From a virus: a stretch of 64,000 nucleotides of DNA. Made by a program: the position numbers and the translations under genes. The notes under the pieces are model-generated. The model worked only from the letters and a program-made list of their open reading frames with translations. It was not told where the DNA came from and searched no databases. Positions 9,984-21,200 of the stretch are shown here, piece by piece. How positions within the stretch are numbered: position 1 is the first letter of the stretch; every line of letters starts with the position of its first letter. Where the stretch lies: the IMG/VR virus record IMGVR_UViG_3300027749_000093, positions 8,428 through 72,427 of that record. One strand, 5' to 3'.

Positions 9984-10661
9984 ATGGGATGGAATATAAA
10001 TACTATTTATAATTTTTTAAATTATATGGTTAGGAAGGAAAGAGGTGCTTTTATCTCTCCTGAAGAAGCATCTACTGCCCTAGATAGTGCGCAAATGGAA
10101 TTATATGAAGGGTATTTTAAAATTTATGGTATTAACCAACAGGTACACGATAGCCTTTCTCCATTTAAAGTTAGATTGCAATTTACATCTGCATCTAATG
10201 GTATAGTTACACAACCTAATGATTATCAACATTTATTAGGTGGTGTTTTTACAGTTTCAGGAAGTACAATTTGCCCATTAAGATTTATAAGCGAAGACGA
10301 ATTACCTGATGCGCTTACAAATCAATTAAGACCCGTTAATATAAATAGTCCTGTTGCTTTAGATACACCTAATGGTTTTCAAATATATCCACAAGTAACA
10401 CAAATAGGATTTTATACTTATATGCGCAGACCTGCAGTACCAATTTTAGGGTATGTTCCGCAAGCACCGGGCAGTAGAACATTAGTATATAATCCAACAC
10501 AATATAATGCTATAACAAATCCAACAGGAAGCCAACAAATAGAATTTTTAGATGCTTATATTAATAATATTATGGCTAGGGCATTAAAGTTCTTAGGTGT
10601 AAACATGGATGAACAAAGTATCGTAGCATTTGCAGAATCACAAACTCAACAAACAGTATAA
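9984..10661 (+). CDS. putative tail ring/adaptor protein (crAss-like)
   Basis: size, position upstream of muzzle gene, YMRRPAVP motif. Confidence 0.5.
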   Translation: MGWNINTIYNFLNYMVRKERGAFISPEEASTALDSAQMELYEGYFKIYGINQQVHDSLSPFKVRLQFTSASNGIVTQPNDYQHLLGGVFTVSGSTICPLRFISEDELPDALTNQLRPVNINSPVALDTPNGFQIYPQVTQIGFYTYMRRPAVPILGYVPQAPGSRTLVYNPTQYNAITNPTGSQQIEFLDAYINNIMARALKFLGVNMDEQSIVAFAESQTQQTV

Positions 10662-11296
10662 TGCCAAATATAACTAAGAGATTATTATCCGACCAACTGT
10701 TATTTAAATTAGATGGCAGTTTTCCTGAAGTATCTATGGCTGTTCAAAAGCAAGATGTTTGGAAAGCAATAGAACAATGGATTAATTCAAAGTTTAAGTT
10801 AAAGCACTTTCAAGAAACACTTCCAACGGGTGAAACAATTCCTGAAGGCGCATCATTAGCAACTTACACAAGTATAGCAGTTACCGCAGCAGGTAATAAG
10901 TCTATTTGTACTTTGCCTGTTATGCCAATATCATTACCTAGAAATATGGGTGTTTATGATATTAATGATGGTAATGGTTATAGTTTTATTCCTCTTCAAA
11001 AAGGACAAATAAATCTTTTAGGACAAGAGTTTTTAGCAAATACTTTATTAGGACAAATATGCTATGAAATAGCAGGCAGAAATGTAACATTTTCGCAAGA
11101 CATTACTTTATTGAAAATGGATACAGTAAATATGGACTTAATGGTATTTGATATGTCTAAATATAGTGAAACCGATATATTGCCATTACCATCTGATATG
11201 GAACAACAATTATTAGATGATTTATATAAGATGTTTGCGCCAATTCAACCTGAACCTGCAACTGTTAGCAACTATCCTGTAAATTTACAAAAATAA
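10661..11296 (+). CDS. putative tail ring protein
   Basis: coupled ORF in tail cluster. Confidence 0.45.
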   Translation: MPNITKRLLSDQLLFKLDGSFPEVSMAVQKQDVWKAIEQWINSKFKLKHFQETLPTGETIPEGASLATYTSIAVTAAGNKSICTLPVMPISLPRNMGVYDINDGNGYSFIPLQKGQINLLGQEFLANTLLGQICYEIAGRNVTFSQDITLLKMDTVNMDLMVFDMSKYSETDILPLPSDMEQQLLDDLYKMFAPIQPEPATVSNYPVNLQK

Positions 11297-11300
11297 TAAA

Positions 11301-12080
11301 ATGACAGCTACATCGTTAGATTCAATAGTAAGAACAGCATTGATGAAAAAAGGTTACCCTTTACATCAATACGTTCAGTTTTTAATATATGCAAGAGAAT
11401 GCTTGCAAGAACTTACAATGGATGATTTAAAAATATTTAATACAAAATTACTTCCCATAGATGCGTTTAATGCAATTGAATTGCCTAATGATTATCAAGA
11501 TTATGTAATGGTAGGTGTTATGTCAAATCAAGGTATTAGACCTTTAGTAGAAAGTAGAAGATTAAATGTATTAAATAATTATAATACAGACTTAGAACAA
11601 GTTAAATGGACTTCTGATAACCAAACAGATACTCAAAATCAAAGTTTGCTTTATTATGGGGCATTCCCTTATTCACAATGGTATACGGTAAGATATAATG
11701 CTTATGGTGAAAATTTAGGTCGTTCATATGGTTCTAGAAGTGGATATGCAGATACATTTATAGTAGTAAAAGAAAGAAATCAAATACAACTTAATGAAAA
11801 AATGGGTGGATTTGATTATATTTATTTACAATATATGTCAGATGGTAGTGATAGTGGAAGTGCAACAATGATTGACCCGTATGCACAAATGACTATTCAA
11901 ACATATTGCAATTGGATGCATAAAGAAAATAATAGAACTTATAATGAAGGTGAAAGGGCTAGAGCAAAACAAGAATACATTCAACAAAGACAAATAATGA
12001 GGGCTAGAAAATCAGACCTTACATTACCTACACTTAAACGAATTATTCAACGTACCTCTATTGCTTCTCCTAAAAATTAA
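11301..12080 (+). CDS. putative tail tubular/ring protein
   Basis: IELPNDYQDYVMVG motif; position directly before the muzzle gene. Confidence 0.55.
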   Translation: MTATSLDSIVRTALMKKGYPLHQYVQFLIYARECLQELTMDDLKIFNTKLLPIDAFNAIELPNDYQDYVMVGVMSNQGIRPLVESRRLNVLNNYNTDLEQVKWTSDNQTDTQNQSLLYYGAFPYSQWYTVRYNAYGENLGRSYGSRSGYADTFIVVKERNQIQLNEKMGGFDYIYLQYMSDGSDSGSATMIDPYAQMTIQTYCNWMHKENNRTYNEGERARAKQEYIQQRQIMRARKSDLTLPTLKRIIQRTSIASPKN

Positions 12081-12091
12081 TATAAGAACAA

Positions 12092-15000
12092 ATGGTAACT
12101 CAAAAACAGGTAAGGTTAGCAGGGATGAACTCAGACGATAACTTAGAGTTATTAGCTGAAGGCGATTATTTGAATTTAATGAATGGCAGAATTGGTTTTA
12201 GTGAATATGGTAAGTCATTAAGAATAGAAAACATCCCCGGAACAACTGCCCTTACTAATAATAAATATCCTCCTTATGGAACAAATAAATGTATTGGTAG
12301 TTGCATAGATATTGAAGGGCAAAGACTAATATGGTTTATTTATAATACCTCAAACGACCACGGAATTTATTGTTATGATTTTAGAGACAAGCAAATCTAT
12401 GCGGTATTGTATGATACTCAAATAATAGATACTTACAATTCAGGATTAGGTTTTGATAAAGATTTTAGAATAGATAGAAACTGTAAGGTTGACCAAGGAT
12501 TACTTTATTGGACAGATAATAAAAATGAACCTAAGAAAATTAATATTGACTCAGGTATAAAACTAAATCAACCTTCTTACGTTACAAAAGCAAGGGCTTA
12601 CACTACATTACAAGATTCATATGAGATAACTGTAATTCGCAGACCTCCTACATATGCACCTGTAATAGAAAAAAAATATAAATCAACTTATGCCAATAAC
12701 TTTATAAGCAAGCATTCTTGGCAATTTTCTTGGCAGTATATTTACTTTGATGGGGAAATATCTGTATTAGGAGAATATAGTCGTGCATCAATGCTTAATT
12801 TAGTTTATATAGTTTCAGGAACAGTTACTGCAGAAAATTATAATTATATTCAATGCGATTTGCCATTAGCAGAAAAAATACCACAAACAGCTAGAATTAT
12901 TAGGTTAATTGCTAAAAATCAAGATACAGGTGTTGCTAGTGTTGTAAAAACATTTGACAAACTTATAAGTGAAGCACCTTTTATTGCACATAACGCAGGA
13001 ACAAATAAACTTACATTTGATTATTATGGGGATTTAATTGGTGAAACAATTGATGCAGCAGATACTGTAAAACCATACGATTCAGTTCCATTATTATCAA
13101 AAACGGCAGAAACAGCAGTTAATAGGTTATTTTTAGGTAATAACTTATCGGGTTATGATACACCTACAAAAACTTCTTTGTCTGTATCACAAATACTAGC
13201 AAACTCTAGTACTTATCATAGATTTTTTAAAGCTGAATCATCTTATCAAGTAGGTATTGTATTTTATGACAAAGCAAGGAGAAAATGTGGAGTAACTACA
13301 TTAAATGATGGTTTATTTACAACAGATAAAAAAACATATCCTGCTGCATCAGATTGTACTTTTTGGGATGTAACTATTCAACAAGCAGATATAAATGATG
13401 CAACAGGAAATACAAACGGTAAAGATGGTATAGTATATGTAAATTATACAAGTTGTCAAGGTTCATCAACTTTGTTACAATATACATTTGCTGATACATT
13501 TTATAATCAACTTTGTTTACACCCTGCAGATGTAATGTCAATTCAATTGTCATATTTTAAAAATGACATTCAAATGTTAGCTATTTCTACTGCTACAAAT
13601 AATAGTATTTCATGTGATAATGGAGGTTTGACACAAACATATACAGTTAATTGGCAATTAAGCAATGCAAACCCATCATTAGAAATACCTATTTGGGCAT
13701 ATTATTATTCAATAGTTAGAACAAAAAATTTAAAGACAAGATACTTTATAGATTCTTTAAGTAATGACAATAAATATGCTACTAAAGTAATTACGGCAGG
13801 CGTAGTTACTTATAATTATAGTCCAACATTTGCAACAGGTGCAATTTATTTAGCTATTGATACAACACCATTAATAAATTCAGGTTTAGGTTATGTATAC
13901 AACGAAGGAGATATGTGTGTATTACTTCGTTCAACAGGAGGTAAAAGATATGAAGTACCTGTAGTTGGAACTGATGGAATTTATATTTTGGTTAGTTTAA
14001 CAAATCAATTTAATATTGATAATGCTAGTTTATCAGGTACTTACTTTACTTATGAAATTTATACTCCTTATACAAGAAGTGAAAATGAACCTTATTATGA
14101 AGTAGGTAATATTTATCCTGTAACAAACCCAACTCTTTCAAATAGACAGTATTCTACCCTTACAGGAAGTTTAATAGGAGATATTTTTGCATTTCAAAGA
14201 CTTTATATAGGCACTTATTATTGGGTAGAGGCAATGTCGCCAAGTGACTTATTTTATCAAAATTGGTTTACAGATGGTGGTTTTATAAATTTTGTTACTT
14301 TATTGGGGCAAACTCAAAATAACCATGAAATAAGGTACTCTAATGTATTTACCCCCGGTACAAGTAATAACGGACTTAGCACATTTGAAGCCCTAAATTT
14401 CAAGACTGTTCCACTAGGTACAGGTAATATACAAAAGTTACAATTAGCTTCTAAAACAGAGGAACAGGGGGTAATAATGCTATCTATTGATGCATTCCAA
14501 ACTGTATCATGTTACTTAGGTGAAGTTCAGGTAATTGGTTCTTCAAAAAATGCATTCTTGGCACAAGATTCTGCCGTAATAGGAACAATGAATGTGCTAA
14601 AAGGAATGTATGGTACAACTCATCCTGAAACAGTAATAGAATACTTAGGTAATGTATTTTGGTATGATTTGAATAATGGCGCAATAGTTCAATATAGTGC
14701 AAATGGATTATACCCTGTTAGTTCATTTAAAATGGTTAATTTCTTTAGTAATTATGCTAAAGATTATACAAATACAAGTTCTGCTACTCTTGATTCGCTT
14801 AATGGGTTTCATCATATACCAACAGCAATAAATCCATTTACAAAAAGATTTCAAGTAACAACACCTGCATTAATAGCAACAAATACTGCAGCCGTACTAC
14901 CTAGTTATGATGGAGTAACACCTGATTATGCTAGTTCTATTATTAATAGGTTCAATCCATATACTAAATTATCGCAAACAGTATGTCTTGATATCATAGA

Positions 15001-15517
15001 AAATAGATGGAAAGAAGTATTTGAATACGCAGGAGAATGGTATGATTATTTTGAAAATCAAATGATTGGTTTTAAAAATGGTGCAATATATACTCACGAA
15101 ACAAATACAACCAATTTAAATACATTCTACGGAACTCAGTATCCTATTAGATATTGCCTTACCCCTAACCAACCATTATCATCAATAAAAGATGTAGTTG
15201 GAATAACAGTAGAAGGAAGTGTAATACCTGATTATTCTGTATGCTATAGTGTATACCCTTGGGAACAAATAACAGATTTAATAAATGAAGATTTTAGAAA
15301 CCAAGAAGGGGTAATGTACTCATCATTATTTAGGGATAGACTTTCTCCAAACACAACAGGAACAGCAATTAATAAATTATATTACGGAGACATAGTTAAA
15401 TCAAAAACACCATTAATTATGGTAGAGTTCCAACAATATACTAACTTAGTGTATATTTCATTTATTGATATAGATTTTGCAGAAAGTTATGGTCAAACCA
15501 AAATATTAACAAAATAA
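12092..15517 (+). CDS. tail stabilization/muzzle protein (P22 gp10-like, crAss-like)
   Basis: 1141 aa; GMNSDD...GDYLNLMNGR N-terminus; LLYWTDNKNEPKKIN; NRLFLGN; beta-rich. Confidence 0.7.
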   Translation: MVTQKQVRLAGMNSDDNLELLAEGDYLNLMNGRIGFSEYGKSLRIENIPGTTALTNNKYPPYGTNKCIGSCIDIEGQRLIWFIYNTSNDHGIYCYDFRDKQIYAVLYDTQIIDTYNSGLGFDKDFRIDRNCKVDQGLLYWTDNKNEPKKINIDSGIKLNQPSYVTKARAYTTLQDSYEITVIRRPPTYAPVIEKKYKSTYANNFISKHSWQFSWQYIYFDGEISVLGEYSRASMLNLVYIVSGTVTAENYNYIQCDLPLAEKIPQTARIIRLIAKNQDTGVASVVKTFDKLISEAPFIAHNAGTNKLTFDYYGDLIGETIDAADTVKPYDSVPLLSKTAETAVNRLFLGNNLSGYDTPTKTSLSVSQILANSSTYHRFFKAESSYQVGIVFYDKARRKCGVTTLNDGLFTTDKKTYPAASDCTFWDVTIQQADINDATGNTNGKDGIVYVNYTSCQGSSTLLQYTFADTFYNQLCLHPADVMSIQLSYFKNDIQMLAISTATNNSISCDNGGLTQTYTVNWQLSNANPSLEIPIWAYYYSIVRTKNLKTRYFIDSLSNDNKYATKVITAGVVTYNYSPTFATGAIYLAIDTTPLINSGLGYVYNEGDMCVLLRSTGGKRYEVPVVGTDGIYILVSLTNQFNIDNASLSGTYFTYEIYTPYTRSENEPYYEVGNIYPVTNPTLSNRQYSTLTGSLIGDIFAFQRLYIGTYYWVEAMSPSDLFYQNWFTDGGFINFVTLLGQTQNNHEIRYSNVFTPGTSNNGLSTFEALNFKTVPLGTGNIQKLQLASKTEEQGVIMLSIDAFQTVSCYLGEVQVIGSSKNAFLAQDSAVIGTMNVLKGMYGTTHPETVIEYLGNVFWYDLNNGAIVQYSANGLYPVSSFKMVNFFSNYAKDYTNTSSATLDSLNGFHHIPTAINPFTKRFQVTTPALIATNTAAVLPSYDGVTPDYASSIINRFNPYTKLSQTVCLDIIENRWKEVFEYAGEWYDYFENQMIGFKNGAIYTHETNTTNLNTFYGTQYPIRYCLTPNQPLSSIKDVVGITVEGSVIPDYSVCYSVYPWEQITDLINEDFRNQEGVMYSSLFRDRLSPNTTGTAINKLYYGDIVKSKTPLIMVEFQQYTNLVYISFIDIDFAESYGQTKILTK

Positions 15518-15990
15518 TGGTAAATAGCATTATACATAGGGTAAATGACGATAGAATTGACGAGTTAGAATCGACAATGGTAAATAATTTCCCACCCGTA
15601 GAATGTCCATTAATACATAGGTTTACCAAAGGAATGTATATAAGAGAAATATTTATGCCTAAAGATTCTCTAATAACATCTAAAATACACAATACTAACC
15701 ATCCTTTTGTCGTTTCACAAGGCACAGTAGCAGTAGCAATAGATGGAGATAATTGGCAAGAAATACAAGCACCATATACAGGAATAACACAAGCAGGAAC
15801 TAGAAGAGTATTAATTATACTTGAAGATACAACTTGGATTACATTTCATCCATTGCCTTATATAACAGGTGATGAAAATGAATTTAGTGATGATGAAAAG
15901 TTAAAATTAGTAGAGAAAATAGAAGATGAAATATTAAGCAAATACGAAAATTTGCTTTTATATAAAGAACAAGATTTATTAAAAGATTAA
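15517..15990 (+). CDS. cupin-fold protein
   Basis: HRFTKGMYIREIFMPK...SKIHNTNHPFVVSQG...GTRR. Confidence 0.65.
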   Translation: MVNSIIHRVNDDRIDELESTMVNNFPPVECPLIHRFTKGMYIREIFMPKDSLITSKIHNTNHPFVVSQGTVAVAIDGDNWQEIQAPYTGITQAGTRRVLIILEDTTWITFHPLPYITGDENEFSDDEKLKLVEKIEDEILSKYENLLLYKEQDLLKD

Positions 15991-16001
15991 AATAAAATAT
16001 C

Positions 16002-16634
16002 ATGAGTTTCGTAGCCATTGGAGCAGGATTAGGAGCAGCATCAGCAGGGTATAAATTATACTCAGGAATTAAACAAGTTGGACAAGCCAATAAAATAAAT
16101 CCCGTATATACCCCATATACAGCTTCTAATGCAGTAAAACAACAATTAGGAACTGTACAAAATGCGTATCAAGGTAGAATGGCAGGCGCAGTATCTGCAT
16201 CAGATAGAATACTTCAATCACAAGCTAATACATTAGCAAATGCATCAAGAGGTGCTACAGATGCTTCTCAATTACTTGCATTAGGTGCTTCTACAGAAGG
16301 TACTGCAGACCAAGCATCAGTTGATTTAGCAGCTAGAGAAGGACAAAATAAAGCAGGTATTTTAGATAATCTACAAAATGCTTATAATAAAATGACTGAA
16401 GATGAAAGACAGGTATATCAATCAAAACTTCAGAAATATCAAATGGATACACAAGCTAAACAAGCACTAGGACAAGCAGGTATGAGTAATATATATGGTG
16501 CAGGAAGTGACTTAGCAGGTATGGCATTACAAGGTGCGCAATTAGGAAATGTAGGAAGTTTTAAGTCAGGTTTTGGCGCAGCAAATAAAGTTGCAGGCGC
16601 AGGCAAACAACTTGGACAATTAATAGGCGGTTAA
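16002..16634 (+). CDS. putative ejection (internal virion) protein
   Basis: Gly/Ala/Gln-rich, hydrophobic Gly-rich N-terminus; follows tail genes. Confidence 0.6.
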   Translation: MSFVAIGAGLGAASAGYKLYSGIKQVGQANKINPVYTPYTASNAVKQQLGTVQNAYQGRMAGAVSASDRILQSQANTLANASRGATDASQLLALGASTEGTADQASVDLAAREGQNKAGILDNLQNAYNKMTEDERQVYQSKLQKYQMDTQAKQALGQAGMSNIYGAGSDLAGMALQGAQLGNVGSFKSGFGAANKVAGAGKQLGQLIGG

Positions 16635-16658
16635 TAATAAAATACAAATAGTAATAAA

Positions 16659-18251
16659 ATGGCAGATGATACTCAAGGTTACGCAACAGTGTTGCCAAAT
16701 CAATTTCCAAGTCCGGGGCAAGCACTTCAAGGTTTAATTCAATCTAAAGAAAGACAGCAAGAAAAACAAGCTGCTTTAGATGAAAGACAACAAGAACAAA
16801 AGCAGAAAATAGCTGCTGCCCAACAAGAACGCACTAGACAAAATGAATTATATAATTTAGCTGCCCTAAATAAACAAACAGAAGCAAAACAATACGAAAC
16901 TGCTGATGAACAGGTTAATAATTTAACTAGAAAAACATTAGCAGATATATATAACGAAGGAATAAAAGGAACAAGATTAGACCCAATGGAATTTGAGCAA
17001 ATGCTAAAAGGAAAATTAGGTGATTTAGTTCAATGGAATGGAAATGTTAAAGACCAATTGAGGACTATAGGAACACAAAGAGCAGATTTTTTTAAAGTAC
17101 TTCCAAATACAGACCAAACAGGAGTAGATAGAAGAGTAACAAAAGATTTTTTACAAAATGTCGCAAATTTAGATGAAAACGGAAATATAATATCAATTAA
17201 ACCATTAAATCAAATCAAACCAAATGTAAATTATTTTGGTGCATTTGCAGACCCTAAAGTTTTAGCAGGTGTAACTAATGATACTACACCATTGCCTGAA
17301 TTTTTTGCTAAAATACCTAAAGAAAAAACATCTGAAAGTCATTTTAAAAATTTATCAGGTAATATTGATTCTAGAGGATATAATGCTATGGTTACTCCTC
17401 ATTCTGAAATGTATACAAACGAATCAGGTAAAGTAGCAGTAAGACCTAAATCTGAAGTTGCAATGGTTACTGATAATGGAGAACCTATAAGAGTAGCTTC
17501 AGAAGAACTTAAAAATTCAATGGCAGGAAATCCAAAAGTAGAAGCTGCATTCAATAAACAATGGCAAGATTATGTACAACAACATAATTTAGAAGCTGCT
17601 ACTAATCAAGACCCACACGCACTTGATGTTTTAAAAGAAAATTATAGATATAAATTAGCAGAGCAATATTTACCACATCAAGTTAATCCAATTGAGAAAC
17701 AAGTAACTCCTACAATTGTCAATAAATTAAGTATAGAAAATAGGCATAAAGAAGATGTAATAGATGATAATGCAGGAACTTTAAAATCTCATTTAGAAAA
17801 TGCATTTACAAATAATCCTGTAACATTTAGGTTGCCTATAAAAGGAGGAGGAACAGGAACTCAAACATGGGGTAATTTAGGACATTCAGATATAACAACT
17901 CCATTTACTATAAAAGTAGAGGAAAAAGAACAAGATAAACAAACAATAACTAAAGTAGTTTCTTTTGATGATTACTTTGTATCTCCTGATAATAAAATAT
18001 ATGGTGTTTATTATAAAAGAACACCAACAGGAGAAATATCAGATGATGTTAAACAAAAACAAGAAATACCATTAGAAAGATATGCTGAAAGATTATTTGA
18101 AAAATCTACACCACAAAAGTATAGGGCAGAAGTAGTTAAAAATAATGTAAATGAAGTATTAGGTGTAACTGAAAAACCTAAAACAAAAACAACTACTAAA
18201 GTAGCTACAAAAAAAGACAATAAAAATACAAAAACAGGAGAATTAGACTAA
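16659..18251 (+). CDS. putative ejection (internal virion) protein
   Basis: 530 aa with Gln-rich coiled coil; between small ejection protein and giant protein. Confidence 0.5.
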   Translation: MADDTQGYATVLPNQFPSPGQALQGLIQSKERQQEKQAALDERQQEQKQKIAAAQQERTRQNELYNLAALNKQTEAKQYETADEQVNNLTRKTLADIYNEGIKGTRLDPMEFEQMLKGKLGDLVQWNGNVKDQLRTIGTQRADFFKVLPNTDQTGVDRRVTKDFLQNVANLDENGNIISIKPLNQIKPNVNYFGAFADPKVLAGVTNDTTPLPEFFAKIPKEKTSESHFKNLSGNIDSRGYNAMVTPHSEMYTNESGKVAVRPKSEVAMVTDNGEPIRVASEELKNSMAGNPKVEAAFNKQWQDYVQQHNLEAATNQDPHALDVLKENYRYKLAEQYLPHQVNPIEKQVTPTIVNKLSIENRHKEDVIDDNAGTLKSHLENAFTNNPVTFRLPIKGGGTGTQTWGNLGHSDITTPFTIKVEEKEQDKQTITKVVSFDDYFVSPDNKIYGVYYKRTPTGEISDDVKQKQEIPLERYAERLFEKSTPQKYRAEVVKNNVNEVLGVTEKPKTKTTTKVATKKDNKNTKTGELD

Positions 18252-18253
18252 TA

Positions 18254-21200
18254 ATGGCAGAAGAATCAGTTCAACCCGAAGTTCAAGATGTTAATCAAGA
18301 AGCACCTAAAACAGGTGAAATTGATAAATTATTTAATGTAGTTTCAAGTAAAGGATTATATACTAAGTCTAAAGATGAATTTATTCAAAAGTATAGTACA
18401 CCTGAAAGTGTAGATAAATTATTTCAAGTTGTTTCAGATAAAGGATTATATACAAAATCTAAAGGAGATTTTTATTCTAAATATTATCCAAATTTATCAT
18501 CACAAAAAAATACAGAACAAGTTGGAGGATTAACAGCATATAGTGATTCAAGACAAAAAACAATACCTACAGAAGAAATTAAAAGACCTTCAAAACTAAC
18601 AGACTATACAAGTGCGCCATTAGAAATGGTTTCTAAAGCAAAAGCAACTGAAGTTTCTAGAAAACCATCTACACAACCTGTTAGAAAAATAGCAACAGAA
18701 GAAAAAGCAGCAGCAGAAGGAACAAGTACTAATTTACAATTACCAACAACATTAAAGGGTGGACAATTTGGAATAGTTGCAGAACCACAACAAGAAGGAG
18801 AATTACAACAAAAATTACAAAAAAGGGAAGATGATAAACAAACTGCAATAAAAAATTCTCTTTTAAATCAAGGAATAAAACCTAATACACAACAATATTT
18901 ACAAAAAGAAAGAGATTTAAATAATCAATTATCTAATGATAATTTAGTTGTAGATAAAGATAATAGTGGAGAACCAAAATTATTTAGAAGTGAAGGGTTT
19001 GCGGAAACATTAGGTAAAACAATTTACAATAGTTTTAAAGCACCTATAGATGCATATGATGTAAATAAAATAAGCGACCCGAATCAGTTTGTTCAAAAAA
19101 TGAATGAACAAACAGAAGAAGAATCATCTAAACCATCTAAAATATTGGGTAGTGGGGCTGAATTAATAGGGGGTGTAGTTAAACCTATATCATTATTAGC
19201 ATTAAATGCTGTAGCAGGTGGAATGGGAACTACTGCTATGGTAGCTGAAGCATATTATAGTGCATTAGCAAATGAAAAAAGAAAATTATATATAGCAGGA
19301 AAACAACAAGGATTAAGTGATGTAGATGCTGCAAAAAAAGCAATGGATGTTGCTACATATACGGCATTACCTGATGCTGCTATGGCTTTTGTAATGTCAG
19401 GTGAATTAGGAAATTTACCTAAGACAGTACCTGCAGTAGCAGATAATACATTTAAAAATGCATTAATAAAATCAGGTAAAAGTGTATTAAAAATTGCAGC
19501 ATTAGGTGGTGCATCTGAAATAGGTAAAATAGGTGTTGAATCATTAGGAGGATATAAGGAAACACTTCCAAATGCTATTGGTAGAGTTTGGGGAAGTACA
19601 GCAGAGTGGGGTAAAATGGATTTAGGATTTAGAATTATAGGAGGAATAATTCCTGCAGCAGGTTATTTAAAAGCAGCAGCTAAGAATTGGTTAAAAAATG
19701 TACCCGAAGAACTAATACAATTAAAATCAGAGCAATATGGTGATGCAGGAGAAAAAATAAAACAATCAATAGCAGATTATAAAAATGCTGCATCTAATGT
19801 AGAAGGATATGTACCTGATGAACATTTAGCATCATTTGCAGGTAAAATAGAAAAATCAAATAAACTACAAGACGATATAACACAAAAACAATTAGATAAA
19901 ATAGGCAAACCTGAATTTGTTCAAAATAAAATAGATGAAGAAATATCAGATATTCAAAAGCAAATAGATGGTATAAATAAAGAAGTAAATACAGCAGCTA
20001 AAAAAGGAGTAGAACCAAAAGAAATAGATGATGCAACAGGTATTGAAGCAGGTGTAGAACCTAAAATAAATGTAGAACCTATTAAAACTGAAACTAAACT
20101 TGAAAAACAAGCCCCTGAAGTACAGCAGCCCACAGAAACTCAAAAGCCTACAGTTGAAGCAATTACTGAAGTTAAGCCAACAACAGAAAAAACAGAAACT
20201 AAAACAATAGAAGAAGTAACTCCTGTAGTTGAAGAAGTTAAACCTACAATAGCAAAAGAAGAAGTTAAACCTGTCAAAGAAGTTTACGATAGAAATGATA
20301 CTCCAATTAATATAGATGATATTGGAGAAGGATTTGTATTGCATAGAGGAGGTCAAGAAGTTTTAGATAAAGGATTTCATTCAATAGATAAAATTGGTGC
20401 AGAAGGATATGCAGGCGATGAGGGTAAAACGACATCTTCTACAATTAAAAAAGATGCAAAAATATTAAAATTAGTAAGTGGCGATAGTGAAAACTATTCT
20501 GACAATGCAAAAGATATTGATGAATTTTATAGGATAATCGGAGAAAAGGAAAGAAAAAAAGGTTCTGAATGGGCTACAGGAGAAAATCCATCTGATATCA
20601 CAACAAGGCTTTGGGATAATAAATCTGCCCAAGAAAAATTAAAAAAAGCAGGAGTTGATATTGTAATTGGAAATACAATAGACGGAGTAGATGCCTTTGT
20701 AGTAAATAAAGATGCACTAGAGCCAATATCAAAACCTAAATCAGAAACACCTAAAGAACAAGTAAATGCAGTAGCTAAAAATAAAACTAAAAAAGTAAAG
20801 GATAATGATAATGAGCAAGTAATAGAAACTGTAAAAAGCCTATTACAAGTTATAAAATCGGCAGAAGCTAGATTAAGCGAATACCCAAAAGAAGCATCAA
20901 TGCAAATAAATGAAGCTATTGGGCTATTGAAACCATTTTTAGATTTATTACCTGAATCAGAAAAGAAAAGCCAATTAAAACAACTTACGGGTACATACCC
21001 ACAATTAGAAGGTGCTAAAGAACAATTAAAACCAAAAGAAGAAAAAACAACAGCAGATACAGTACATGATGATTTATTAACTCATTTAGGAATAATAGAA
21101 GAACCTAAAGGTGAAACAAAACCTGCTAAAAAATATACTTCTAAAAATATAGATACAATAACAGAAGAAGGATTAAATGACACACAAAAGAAAGTAGTTA

